NCBI GenBank assembly: GCA_032718475.1
Contig: JAUCBJ010003725.1
Coordinates: forward strand, 1-51,954
DNA from: Nemertoderma westbladi
Lineage: Eukaryota > Animalia > Xenacoelomorpha
Reading direction: 5' to 3'
DNA: 51,954 bases
Shown here piece after piece: positions 11,349 through 23,840 of this stretch; position 1 is the first letter of the stretch, and every line of letters starts with the position of its first letter. The notes under the pieces are model-generated. The model saw only the letters and a program-made list of their open reading frames with translations. It was not told where the DNA came from and made no database searches. The translations under genes and the position numbers were made by a program.

Positions 11349-13070
11349 GGTAGCACGAACTTAGTTCCAATCGCACATTTTCAAAGGCGAACTTAGTTCC
11401 AATTGAAACGAATTTAGCTCCAAAATAAATTTTACAAAGCGAACTTAGTTCCTTCCAATCGAGGCGAACTTAGTTCCAATCTCAGAATATCAAAACGAAC
11501 TTAGTTCCAATGGATGCGAATTTAGTTCCAATGGATGCGAATTTAGTTCCAATGGGTACGAACTTAGTTCCAATGTTTCAATCGTGGGGATAGCCACGTA
11601 GGAGGCGAAGCCTATTGCGTATGGTAACTATTTGGGGTGGGTTAGGGTCTACAATAATTGTAATAAATTGTAAAATCCTTCCGTCATATTTAAAAAACGA
11701 AGTATTATTAATGAATTAAATGTATAATTACACATTTTGAAATATATATTTAATCACGATTATACTGATACTAGTCGAGTAGACGCTTGGTACATTTTAC
11801 TGACGAACCGTTCTCCAGCGTATGACTGCAATTTTATTTGCTCATGATGTTGTTCAACATTATAACAATAAATTTTCGCTATAAAGACTTTGGGAAAGGT
11901 TGAGCAATTTTTTTTATTGCCGTTTGTTTGGAGGATAAAATCATAACAAAATTACCAAAAAAATGTTAATCTATGTAGAGAATGTGTTAGCAACAACATT
12001 AAACATAACATATTTCCAACATATTATCCACCAGTTCTTGAGGATACATGTCTAGCGAGAGTTCGGGTGCTGACAGCATATATTCCTGACAGACAGGTAT
12101 GTCGGTGCATTACTTGGCCACAGTGATGAGCTCCAAATTGCACACCGAGCCTTGTATGTATTACAAGTTCACTGCCTGTAACAGTGTTTGCCATAACACT
12201 GCATTGTTACAAAATTTGTAACTCATAACTGCAAACATAATCCTTATTCCTTACATTTTTATTTTCTCGAGCTTGGTTTCTCCTTATTTATGATTGACCA
12301 GTGTCTAAATAGATAAATATACCCCTGCGTGTTAATTCATTATTGTTGTTATGTAAAACATCTGTCGTTAAGATAAATGTGTTCTAGAAAAAATTGCTCA
12401 ATGCGGACTGTGAAATATAACATAATTTCAAATGGTTTATACCAGTTAACACTTTCAGCAAAAAAAACTGCAGTCATACCCAATTTGAACGGTGGTCGGT
12501 ACTGTCTACTTGACTATACTGACTGCCTGAGTCTGTAGTATTATATACTCAAGTCATGCACATTGTGCCATTTTCACACCAATTACAATATTTACCAGTT
12601 GCTTCAGTTAGGAGGTTGGGCGTAGTTTGGGTTAAGAGCTTGGGCGTTGTTTTTTTAAAATGAATATCATTTTAAATGATTAAATAATAAGATTGTTTTG
12701 GTTAGGAGGTTGGGCGTTTTGGATTAGTTAATTACAATTATTATTTAACCACCTACCTAATAGTGTCAATAAACAGATTCTTCGCAAACAACGTGGCTCG
12801 CCCCACACCTGAAACATTGGAACTAAATTCGATTCCATTGGAACTAAATTCGCTTGCATTGGAACTAAGTTCGCATCCATTGGAACTAAATTCGCTTCCA
12901 TTGGAACTAAATTCGCATCCATTGGAACTAAATTCGTTTTCGTTTTTCTCTAGTTATTGGAACTAAGTTCGCCTAAATTGGAACTAAATTCGCCAAAATT
13001 GGAACTAAATTCGTTTCCATTGGAACTAAATTCGCATGAGGCTTACATTGGAACTAAGTACGGGGAATCC
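11349..13070. mobile_element. ~1.7-kb foldback/Mutator-like element with long imperfect inverted arms
   Basis: Left arm carries tandem cgaa(c/t)ttagttccaat units (~21-bp period) and right arm carries the reverse complement attggaactaa(a/g)ttcg; inverted similarity continues ~100 bp inward; GG...CC ends; no TSD seen. Confidence 0.75.
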
Positions 13071-13122
13071 CGCGCGGTGTACCGTTCCGTTGGATGTGAA
13101 CGGGCCTATATGTGGATATACA

Positions 13123-13245
13123 ACAGAAATAAGCGCTATAAAACACTTAAAAAAGATATAAAAAAAATATAAAAAATCTTCATATATAAAATTCCAATAA
13201 AAAGTCGACCGAAAAGTGAAATCCTGGTATTCTTCACATGGGCGA
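13123..13245 (-). repeat. Partial inverted copy of the 21914-22191 MITE
   Basis: Reverse complement matches 21914-22035 nearly base for base. Confidence 0.85.
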
Positions 13246-14922
13246 CTTTTAGTACTTTGATCTAAATGTAGTAACGTTTTAGTAATGTAATGTTGTAGTA
13301 ATGTTTTTTGCGACATACACCACATACACCAGAACTAGGACAAATCTCACCGTGTGCATGTTTACGAAAACAATTTCTGCAGAAATGTAATTGTTTAGTA
13401 CACATAAACTTATCATAGGGCAAAATAATATTTATCACAATTACGCACTACATGATTACCTTGACATAAGTAACACTTAAAGGCCGGGTTTCTGTTGCTC
13501 ACACTTTGAGCTACGGGTAGCGATGTTGCACTGCCACCGTGACGCAGCACGCAATGAATCCAGCTCCCAATATTGGCAGCTCTGTTATGTTGTTCCTCAC
13601 ATCAGCAGACAGCTTACGCATTAACGATGCGGCGTAAACGTAGCCGGTCGCGTCAACCTCAGCGCCCAAATTCTTTATATGATGTTTTTATCGTTCGGAA
13701 GCGTTTCTTAACATTATAAATTTGTAATAAAACGACTTACATACTTGTTGCAAAGTACATTACAATATTGTTCTGCACCCCATCCATCTAGTAGCTATAT
13801 TTTCACTAACTACTCACAATGTTAGTTCACGTAATAAAACACTCGGATCTGCACAATGTAAAGAGCTAATTAACACACAGATAAGTAACATGAAACTTTA
13901 GTTGTCAAAAACAGTGAGTGTAATAAAACTAGTATGAAATCGCAAAAACCAACCTCCTGTTTATATAAAGTTGTATTGATCTGTTCATATTTACATACTT
14001 ATATTGTCGCAAAGAAAGATATAGTCAATATGATATGAAATATCCTATTCAAAATGTATAAACTTTAAAAAAAATAACAAATAAAATTTTATTGCGTACA
14101 GCTCCCCCCCCCCCCCCCCCCCCCCCCCCACCCCCCCATCTGCTATCTGGGACTGATACGAACCGGCTGATATAAGATTATCCTCGAATGACAAGTAAAG
14201 GGAAGTTGCACTTTTTGATACATTGAGGGTACAGTTTATTCGATGTCTGGGTTCTGATGGGTTAATTACGATGTGTATAAACAGGAAGGAATAAAAATGA
14301 TACTATACCGGGGGTTACCTACAGTACAGTGCTGTCCTGTACTACAGTGGCGGGAGTCCTAGAAGCAGTCCCCATAGAGGAGGGGGGGGGGGGGGGTGGG
14401 GGGGGGGAGTTTGGGCCGGAAACAAATCAAAATACAGACCGATTCAATCAATCCACTGCGGATTAAATCGTACGAACGTTCATTAGTTGTTTGGGGGTTA
14501 ATCAAGGAAATGAGGCCTAGCTTCACAGGAAGCCTATTAAACCCCAATGGGGTAGGTAGCATGGGGGTTGGCATGGGAGGGACCTAGACAGATTTATTGC
14601 ATTAAAAGTAGCCTGCCCAATTATTAAGCCATATATCGCCACATGTGGCAAGGTAACACACAGTAGGCAGAGAAATAATCTGAAAGGGACTCTAGTTAGG
14701 GTCACTCACGGCATTATCATAACATTTCAAAAAGAGTTATTGTTAGTGGTAAATAAAGCTTTTACATGGCGGTTAATCAATTAAAGTAAGTTTGGAGCTT
14801 GAGAATCCGACTTCGACACGACCAGAGTGAATAAAATGTGACAACATTGAATGTTGGGAAACCAATGAGCTCCGGTGTGTCAAATCTATACCAGTTCGTG
14901 GGAAATCTGCAACATAGCACCC

Positions 14923-15018
14923 ACCCTATACGCCCCCCCCCCACCCCTTGTTGAAACACCCTATACGCCCCCCCCCCCCCCCCCACCCCCTGTTGAAACA
15001 CCCTATACGCCCCCACAC
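14923..15018. repeat. Short C-rich tandem repeat (accctatacg-polyC-tgttgaaac) x~3
   Basis: Three copies of accctatacgccccc separated by variable C runs. Confidence 0.8.
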
Positions 15019-15169
15019 CCCCGACCAGCCGAAAATACCCTACTAATTATTGATTTATTACTAAAAACGTCAGCTAGCTCTGATTTAAAATAACCTGTTA
15101 TTCTAACCTTCAACTAAAATCGACCAAATTGCACCAATATGATTAATTGCCAAATAGATTTCGGTTTGG

Positions 15170-16405
15170 CATTTCCGTGTTACCTGGTTCCCACCATTAC
15201 CGTGTTACCTGGTCGCACCATTTCCGTGTTACCTGGGTCCCACCATTTCCGTGTTACCTGGTCCCACCATTTCCGTGTTACCTGGTCCCACCATTTCCGT
15301 GTTACCTGGTCCCACCATTTCCGTGTTACCTGGTCCCACCATTTCCGTGTTACCTGGTCCCACCACTTCCGTGTTACCTGGGTCCCACCATTTCCGTGTT
15401 ACCTGGTCCCACCATTTCCGTGTTACCTGGGTCCCACCATTTCCGTGTTACCTGGGTCCCACCATTTCCGTGTTACCTGGTCCCACCATTTCCGTGTTAC
15501 CTGGTCCCACCATTTCCGTGTTACCTGGTCCCACCATTTCCGTGTTACCTGGGTCCCACCATTTCCGTGTTACCTGGTCCCACCATTTCCGGGTTACCTG
15601 GTCCCACCATTTCCGTGTTATCTGGGTCCCACCATTTCCGTGCTACTTGGGTCCCACCATTTCCGTGTTACCTGAGTCCCACCATTTCCGTGTTACCTGG
15701 TCCCACCATTTCCGTGTTACCTGGGTCCCACCATTTCCGTGTTACCTGGTCCCACCATTTCCGTGTTACCTGGGACCCACCATTTCCGTGTTACCTGGGT
15801 CCCACCATTTCCGTGTTACCTGGTCCCACCATTTCCGTTTTACCTGGTCCCACCATTTCCGTGTTACCTGGGTCCCACCATTTCCGTGTTACCTGGGTCC
15901 CACCATTTCCGTGTTACCTGGGTCCCACCATTTCCGTGTTACCTGGGTCCCACCATTTCCGTGTTACCTGGGTCCCACCATTTCCGTGTTACCTGGGTCC
16001 CACCATTTCCGTGTTACCTGGGTCCCACCATTTCCGTGTTACCTGGGTCCCACCATTTCCGTGTTACCTGGGTCCCACCATTTCCGTGTTACCTGGGTCC
16101 CACCATTTCCGTGTTACCTGGGTCCCACCATTTCCGTGTTACCTGGGTCCCACCATTTCCGTGTTACCTGGGTCCCACCATTTCCGTGTTACCTGGGTCC
16201 CACCATTTCCGTGTTACCTGGGTCCCACCATTTCCGTGTTACCTGGGTCCCACCATTTCCGTGTTACCTGGGTCCCACCATTTCCGTGTTACCTGGGTCC
16301 CACCATTTCCGTGTTACCTGGGTCCCACCATTTCCGTGTTACCTGGGTCCCACCATTTCCGTGTTACCTGGGTCCCACCATTTCCGTGTTACCTGGGTCC
16401 CACCC
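15170..16405. repeat. 24/25-bp minisatellite (catttccgtgttacctg(g)gtcccac), ~50 copies
   Basis: Mixed 24- and 25-bp units on the left; pure 25-bp units from ~15860. Confidence 0.97.
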
Positions 16406-17179
16406 CACCACTTGACCCCCCAAATTAAAGGTTTAACCAGAAACAGACTGGCGATTATCAAAGGAGTGAAACAGGACCAAGGGGAACGGGAACCAACCAG
16501 GCCACCTGTAGGGATAAACTCTCAAACAGCGGTGACGTTTGCATTATCCATCATGGTTGTCAAATGGAGTTGCTTTGAAACATAGTTTGCTCTCTGATAA
16601 TGCGAATTAGTATAATGTTAGATTTAAATTAGTAATTTATTAACTTAATATTAGTGATAATATGTAGGCGGTAAGAATATATTACACATCAATATATTAC
16701 ACAAATTAATTTACATACACACACACAATATAAACAAACAGTTAGCCTTTAATTAACGATATTTTATTAGTAAAGATACATGCACCATGCATAACAATAG
16801 AACAAAGATGTATTAGCGGACTTGAATCATTGAAAAACGCTGTTATCATTAGAATCAGTGAAAAATGGAACAATAGGGAACTTTTCAAAAAGTTCGGCCG
16901 GGAACTGTATCCCAATTTTGCGAAGTGTCATTTGATCAATAATTAACCACACTGGCAACCTTATTAACTTTATTTCAGTCTATCGCCTATGAAAGATGAT
17001 GACTAATAAACCAGTAGTAATTAATACCAAACTAAAAATACCCGTAATTTAGCGTGACTATTTTACCTGTGTTAATAATATTCAGTAACAATGCAGTCAT
17101 TATTCCTAACAGTAAACATTGATTCTAATGACCAGTTGTTCAGAAAAATATGGCAATACAATATATCTCTAGAAGTACA

Positions 17180-17400
17180 TGTTGGCAAAGTTGATGGTTC
17201 TAGCTATCTTGTCGTCATAGGTTTGAGATGGCCAAAACCCAGCTGTACCCTGCAAGCCCGGTGCTGGCGGGTCTTTGATATCGTAGTGAGGATCAACCTG
17301 TACTTGTGCTATGGGAACATCCTGGCTAAAACAGACATGGAGGTCAACAACTTTCCTTCACTGGCAATTCGCCGAGGGAAAATTGTACAAGTGATAGGTG
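17180..17400 (+). mobile_element. Decayed RTE-like LINE 3' fragment
   Basis: Frame-broken translation ...VLAGL*YRSEDQPVLVLWEHPG*NRHGGQQLSF parallels the FAGHC.R.EDQPV..LLW motif at 2438-2640. Confidence 0.5.
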
Positions 17401-18204
17401 ATCAGATTTAATGCAATAATGGGCTGTTACAATTCTGTTCTATTTCTATAAATTGGAATTGAAGTTATAATTAATCATCAAACGATGCCGCCTATTTGAA
17501 ATTGATTTAGTCAAAAAACATTTACATTCGGTAATATCGACAAAGCAATCGTAATTGTACATTAAATTCGATTTGTTAGTATTTCCATGATAGTCAATTA
17601 GGATAGTTTTGTTAAAGTCAATGTCGAACAATCAGTACAATAGCACGGGAAATGAGTACATCAATAAAAACGGGGTTAAGGCTGGTATTTAATTTACTTA
17701 TAAAATCCAATAAAATTAATAAAGTAAAATCAATGCCATGATACACAATGCATTCAATTATATGTTTATGGAATTAAAATGGCACAATTTGTAATTAAAA
17801 AAATACTAACCTGACCAGTAATTTAAATATAAAGTTAAGTAAGTAAAGCTGTAAATCAAGAAGAAGTAGGTCAAGACATGACAATCAAAACATGAAAATA
17901 ATATTGGCGCATACGTGAACACATTCAGGGTTCGTTAGGTAAGGCAGAATTCGATGCCTGCAATCTGCGGCATATATAATTGCACATCGACAACCTCTCG
18001 TTGAGGCTCCCACCTTGACACAGAGAAATTACTTTATTTCAGACTCATTGCACCGGACAAACATCAAACCTGTCATCTTATATTAGCGTTAATTTATTTA
18101 TTCTATTGTGTGCGGGCCCGCAGTACAGTCCCGCTAATATATTGCAACTCATTTCGAAGTGGCAGCAAGTTTATGATTTACTTGCGGAAACGGCCGTTAG
18201 TTGG

Positions 18205-18979
18205 TTATACGCGCGCGGTAGTATCGTGTTCACATTTATTACCGTTCGGTGTCCCGCCTGCTACCCGAATGGACTGGGACGCTAACGACGGTATCCGCGC
18301 ATCCGAACGTCGGCTAACGTTAGAAGCCGCTATATAACCCGCTCCTACAAGTTGTTCGTTTCGACGGAAGATGCTCGACAACAAACGTCGGAAAGCCAAC
18401 TTGAAATCCGGCTGGGTGTAATTATAAATTATTGGATTGAGGAGAGAGTTAAGGAAGTAAAGCTGAATGAGTATTTTGTAGACAATGTCATCTACTTCTT
18501 CATCTAGCTTATAGTCCAGGTAGTAGAATGTATTGAAGATAGTGTTGGGTAGCCAAGAGACGAATGTCGTACCAACAATAATTATATACCCGCGAATGAG
18601 ATCGAGTTCCCTCCTAATATCGCTATGACGTAGCTGTCTTTGTATTCTGAGTCGATGTTTATGGGCAATGCGGAAAATAAAAACGTACAAAATTGCAACT
18701 ACTAAAAGACATATATAAAAAAAACCAGCTTGTAGTAAAAAGTAGATGAGTTGGAAAAGGTCGCCTGCCTTATCAATTGCTTCATTGTTGACCTGGGTAT
18801 TGTGGGTAACGTTGTTACTACTAGTAAAGTTTGATGGAGTAGGGCAGAATATAAAGGATTCAACAAGGCGCCCAATTCCAAATAAACATCCAGCACTCCA
18901 AATAGCGACCAACACAACGCATGCGTTCCTCCTGGACATGATCAGGTTGTACTGGAACGGTTTTATGATAAACACATAT
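18205..18979 (-). CDS. Class A (rhodopsin-like) GPCR, coding exon 2 (end of TM3 to C-terminus)
   Basis: Acceptor ttgtttttcag|ATATGTG; encodes (R)YVFIIKPFQY, TM4 Trp (AIW), TM5, TM6 FVSWLP, TM7 NSLLNPIIY, helix 8 FKLAFRRLL; stop at 18205. Confidence 0.93.
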
Positions 18980-21092
18980 CTGAAAAACAATAACATTTTA
19001 TAAATAATCTTTGAAAAGTTAATTAATTGAGGAATAATAACAATTCATTAAAATTAATATGCTGTGGGATAAATAAAGGACTGAATTTCGGAAGAGAACA
19101 AATAAATGAATAATGAAATGAAAACTAGCTTGTATGCGGGTCCAGACAACATGCCATTACGATCTGAGCACGCGCTGTCAGATGAGATGACGTGGCGGCA
19201 GCACTGGAATGTCAGGTTATAATGGCTTGTTGACTTCATCAAAGAAAATTAATGATTACATATTCAGAAACGGCCAAAATAGAATAGATTACTAACCAAC
19301 CGCTGATTACTTTGTGAAGGACGAATTATATTATAAAATTGGTTTACTAAGATTGATTGAAAAATACATTGAAGCATCTCTCTGAAGTTTGACATTTTCT
19401 TCAAACAATCGTTTGATGGACACTTGGGACGTTATAAACACTTATTTTATTCGAGGCCAATAATGTTGATGATAGCTCGTAAAATTATTTAGGATTGAAG
19501 TCAATATGAAATATATTTATTCACGTATATATTCTATGTAGATCTTCCAATAATTTAAATCAAAGAATCAAGGATTATTTTTTTGAGTGACAAGCTATTG
19601 GTAGGAGGGCATGCACCCTATCTATAATATTAAGGACACAGTGGCGCAAGCAGCATCGGGCATGTGCTGTGCAACCTCCAACCTATAAGAGTCAATAATG
19701 AATAAGACAGGTTATCAGCTATAGCGCCGGGTGATTAATAGTGATGAATATAATAAATAGAATTCAAAATGACGATGAAATCATTTCAAATATATAATTA
19801 TGAAAGCAAATTAAATTAATTTTAACAATATAATTTGACCCACTTCATCAATCATATGGTCTGACATATCCAATTTCTCAATTTCATAATAAATTTTAAT
19901 AATTACAGAAACCTGACAATAATCTTCCCATTGGGACATTGCAATAAAATCACTACACACTATGAGCACGGGAATGCATGCATAAGGAGTTGAATCCATC
20001 CCAATCAGAAAAGAAACCAAACAAACTCTTCATTTCTGATACGATTGGCATCTTCTATATAGAATCTCCAGTGGAATCTATGTATTTTTATATAAATTGG
20101 AAATGGGTAATGGATTACATTAAGCCACTCTTACCAACTATCAAAGGCAACAACGCAAGAATAATGTGAGACCGCAGACAGGGGCACTCATCTACAATCG
20201 CAACAGATTGTTCTTCAAAATGCCTCCAGAGTACATTGTTGCATTGTGGATGACGCTGTGCCAAATAGCTAAGTGCGTGCTTAAACATCAGGATTAATTG
20301 GACATCGATGCAAAACTAGGAGGCATCGCAAGCAATTAGGAAGAGTGCCACTTCGCGGAATAAATCGCGAGAGATTATGAACGTAGGTCCATCAAGGCGT
20401 CTCCATTAGACATGCAGGTCCATCCACAGAGGCGTCATCTCAACCACAACTTTACACATCAATAAATCGCCTGATAAGACCAGGAGGATACCAACTTCCT
20501 TTGTGTAAACCAGGGCTGGTGGAGATTTCGTCCAACCGTGTTTAATTGACACGATTCCAACAGCAACCGCAGTCAATGTTACACCAGGGAAAAATAATGC
20601 AATGTAAAAATACTGCAGTGGTATAATCCAGCGTCAATTAAGAAATATATCTTAATTAATTTTAAAGCCGCCTCCCATTCCTCTATAAGCCTTCTTAAAG
20701 TTATCGATAATCTACGAATGCCTTACTCCAGTCGATATTATTGTTGATAAGTAAAACTCCAATAAAACTAAAGAATATATAACCCGTTGGTAATATTATA
20801 ATGATTGTAATTATTTCAAGGTGGCATACCATGCATTCCCATCTCAAAAAGCAAATAATTCATATTTTCTATAGTAGGCGGTTAAACAGATATAGTAGTA
20901 GTTCGGCAGATTGTACCTTGCATGGTAAGTTTTGGGTTATTTTGGTAGATAGGCCTACCATTATTGTTGTAATCCATAATCTGACTGACTTCAGTAAATT
21001 TATAACCAAATTTGGGTAAGCCACAGATGTGAACTGTCTACACCGTTCCTGGAGTCGTTTTTTGAAAGACAATTACATAACAACTAATAGTA

Positions 21093-21345
21093 CTAGGTCG
21101 AGCGAGCTTGGACAGTGGAAATGAGATCCTTCCAGACTTCCCGATTCTCAATAGTTACCGCAATTTCGTTTCTCTCAAGTCCAGTATCCCTTTCAAGCTG
21201 GTCTTTATGTAATAGCAAGTCTTTCACGGGAACGCCTATCTTGTGTTGGTTGCCAGCACAATATTCCAGCATGTTCCAGCACAAGCTGGAAAAAGGCTGC
21301 AGAAGTTAGTAGCCAATTTAGATGTATACTTCCTACTTCGCTACA
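21093..21345 (-). mobile_element. Decayed RTE-like LINE 3' end inside the GPCR intron
   Basis: LCWQPTQDRRSRERLAIT / KDQLERDTGLERNEIAVTIENREVWKDLISTVQARST* resembles RTE-clade C-termini; frameshifted. Confidence 0.7.
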
Positions 21346-21913
21346 ATTTCTCTGTTTTATTACAGTTTGGTTTGAATTAATAAAGTTAAGTTTAAACCAG
21401 GTTTGTGGTCTCGGATTTGGTATCAATCAACAATTAATCTGGAAAATGCAACAGATACCAAATCAGCAAAAATATATCTTAAATCGATAAGATATATCCG
21501 ATATTATATTTGACAAAAGTTTACTATTGGCTCAGCACACATGCTGGATCCAATTACGAATTAGCGAGTGTAATTACCTGATCAGAATCATTTTGGAATG
21601 GGCCGGAAAAAGAAAACAGAGACGAAATTATCCGATTCAATTTCCATGAAATAGGATTAAGATTCAAAGAAAGGTAAGTGGGGGAGAGTAGCTGGCTCGC
21701 ATACATTAAAAACCTCTCTCAGTGGAAGTGGAGACACAGTAAAGAGATCCTGATTACAGACCAAATCGGGGATCCTAGCGAAAAATCGACCATCTTATGT
21801 TTTTTGACAGCGGTATTCCGAAAATTTATTACAGCAATGAGTAGAAAAGTTGGCGGACATTTTTAAATTGTTGTCACTTCAGTATCATTTAATCATAATA
21901 ATAATTTAAAGTT

Positions 21914-22191
21914 CGCCCATGTGAAGAATACCAGGATTTCACTTTTCGGTCGACTTTTTATTGGAATTTTATATATGAAGATTTTTTTTTTTTTTAATTT
22001 ATCTTTTTTAAGTGTTTTATAGCGCTTATTTCTGTCTTATAACCTGCATAGATACTAATTTGTTTATTGTGTTGGTTAGATTCAGCCCCTCTGTAACCTG
22101 TATTTTGGGTGAAAACCTGGTATACTTCACATGGGGGTAACTGCAAAGTGAAATATAACGGCAGAAAGTCTGGTATTCTTCACATGGGCCG
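21914..22191. mobile_element. ~278-bp MITE in the GPCR intron
   Basis: 20-bp TIR gcccatgtgaagaataccag / ctggtattcttcacatgggc; internal degenerate third copy near 22115; taaagtt on both flanks. Confidence 0.75.
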
Positions 22192-22556
22192 TAAAGTTGC
22201 CTAAAAATTGAAAAAACAGCACTAATTCTTCCGATACCGGAAATCTCGATAAAAAAACAAAGAATTATACTACAATTTAAACGCTACGAATTAAATTAAA
22301 TTTATTAATTGAAATAAATTTGATTTAACTTCATTAAAATTAATTTATTAATTTAAAAATATAATAAAAATAATAAAAATATTGGGTGTAACTATATATT
22401 TGATATTTTTAATGAAAAATACCTTACATTCATATTTGAGTTCATCATATATTTATTTGATACATTTGAATACAACTTTAAATTTATGAATGAAATACCT
22501 GTATGTATGTGTATTTAAACTATCTGCATACCGTCTATTATTAAATTACCACTTAC

Positions 22557-22861
22557 CTATCGAATGATATAGCCATAAGACTGGCTGCACTAGCAGTGCA
22601 GACTACATTATAAACCCATTTGATATGAATGGCATCGCATGGCAGAGGGACAGGTTCCAGGAGACCAAGAACACCAACTATTGTGTCACACACAGCCAGA
22701 CTGCAGAGGAACACAGCGGAGACTTTGCGTAGATTCTGGAACTTGTAGACGGCGAATAATACCATGCCATTCGCAAATACTATGAGTAAACCAGTGACGA
22801 AAACTACATACTTCAGTGCAGTTTCATATTGTTTTTCTTCTTGGTTAAAACATACACACAT
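22557..22861 (-). CDS. Class A (rhodopsin-like) GPCR, coding exon 1 (TM1-TM3)
   Basis: MCVCFNQ...LIVFANGMVLFAV (TM1 Asn), FLCSLAVCD (LAxxD), ASAASLMAISFDR; in-frame upstream TGA supports this ATG; 305+775 nt = 359 aa plus stop. Confidence 0.92.
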
Positions 22862-23640
22862 TATTAATCAGTTGTTAAGGTCGTAATATTATGAGTAGCA
22901 AAATGCAAAAAATAGAAAAATGGCCGCAATATTTTTGCTTGTTAATTGAATGAAGTAATTATAATAAATCTTAATTAAGGACAAATTAAAAATGAAGACA
23001 TAGTTTGATAACTATTATTATAGCAAACAAAACTAATATTATGACTGTGATTTTTTTTTATCGAAGCAGTTTTAATTTAAATAAATAGAAACAGAAAGGA
23101 CTAGGTTGTGTGTCTGAAGTGTAGACAAGCATAATGGAACACACAAGAGACAAGGCTACGGACAACATACATTACACCCAGACCAGAGGCAAATTAACTC
23201 GAAATTAAACCAAGTTACTTAAAATTGGCGCCCACAAACTAATAAACTAGGAATTCACCAGCGCGTATGTAATGAGTATTCTAAAATTATAAAACCAAAC
23301 TCGATAATTTATTTAACCCTTACAATATTATTAACGCCAATACAATAATAATCATATGAAATGGATGACTAACTTTCAATCCAATTTAAAGAGTCGTGTT
23401 TGGTTTCTTGGAACAGTTTAACTACTTTATAAAATATCGGATAACAATGGTTTAATAGATAAAATGGGGTCCATTCGTGTCAATAATTAATCTACAGTAC
23501 TGAAACGCGGTAATGTGAGCAGTTTAATAGATAAAAGTCTATTATTTTGTTAATGCCCGAAATTAGAGGATCATATTTATTTACAGGAATTGCATAGAAA
23601 TTGGCATAATACAAGCCAAACAAAAGGCAGAGTAGTGGAG

Positions 23641-23840
23641 AATAAGTAGCGATGTTCCAGAATAATCTAATTAATCTGGACAATAAGTAGCGATGTTCCA
23701 GAATAATCTAATTAATCTGGACAATAAGTAGCGATGTTCCAGAATAATCTAATTAATCTGGACAATAAGTAGCGATGTTCCAGAATAATCTAATTAATCT
23801 GGACAATAAGTAGCGATGTTCCAGAATAATCGAATTAATC
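23641..23840. repeat. 41-bp tandem repeat x~5 (aataagtagcgatgttccagaataatctaattaatctggac)
   Basis: Copies start at 23641, 23682, 23723, 23764 and 23805. Confidence 0.95.

Larger units (their letters stand above)
18980..22556 (-). other. 3,577-bp phase-2 GT-AG intron of the GPCR gene
   Basis: Donor AG|gtaagt at 22556 and acceptor ttttcag at 18980; splicing restores GAT AGA TAT (DRY) in frame. Confidence 0.9.

Noticed and set aside
13478-13670. Possible Harbinger-like end (ttaaaggccgggtttc) and GC-rich patch
   Set aside because: No matching opposite terminus found
15139-16585. 422-444-aa Pro/His-rich ORFs
   Set aside because: All three frames of a 24/25-bp repeat are open; no evidence of coding
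19870-20620. Higher-complexity stretch in the GPCR intron that might be a decayed coding sequence
   Set aside because: The frames I translated gave no recognisable motif; BLASTx would be needed
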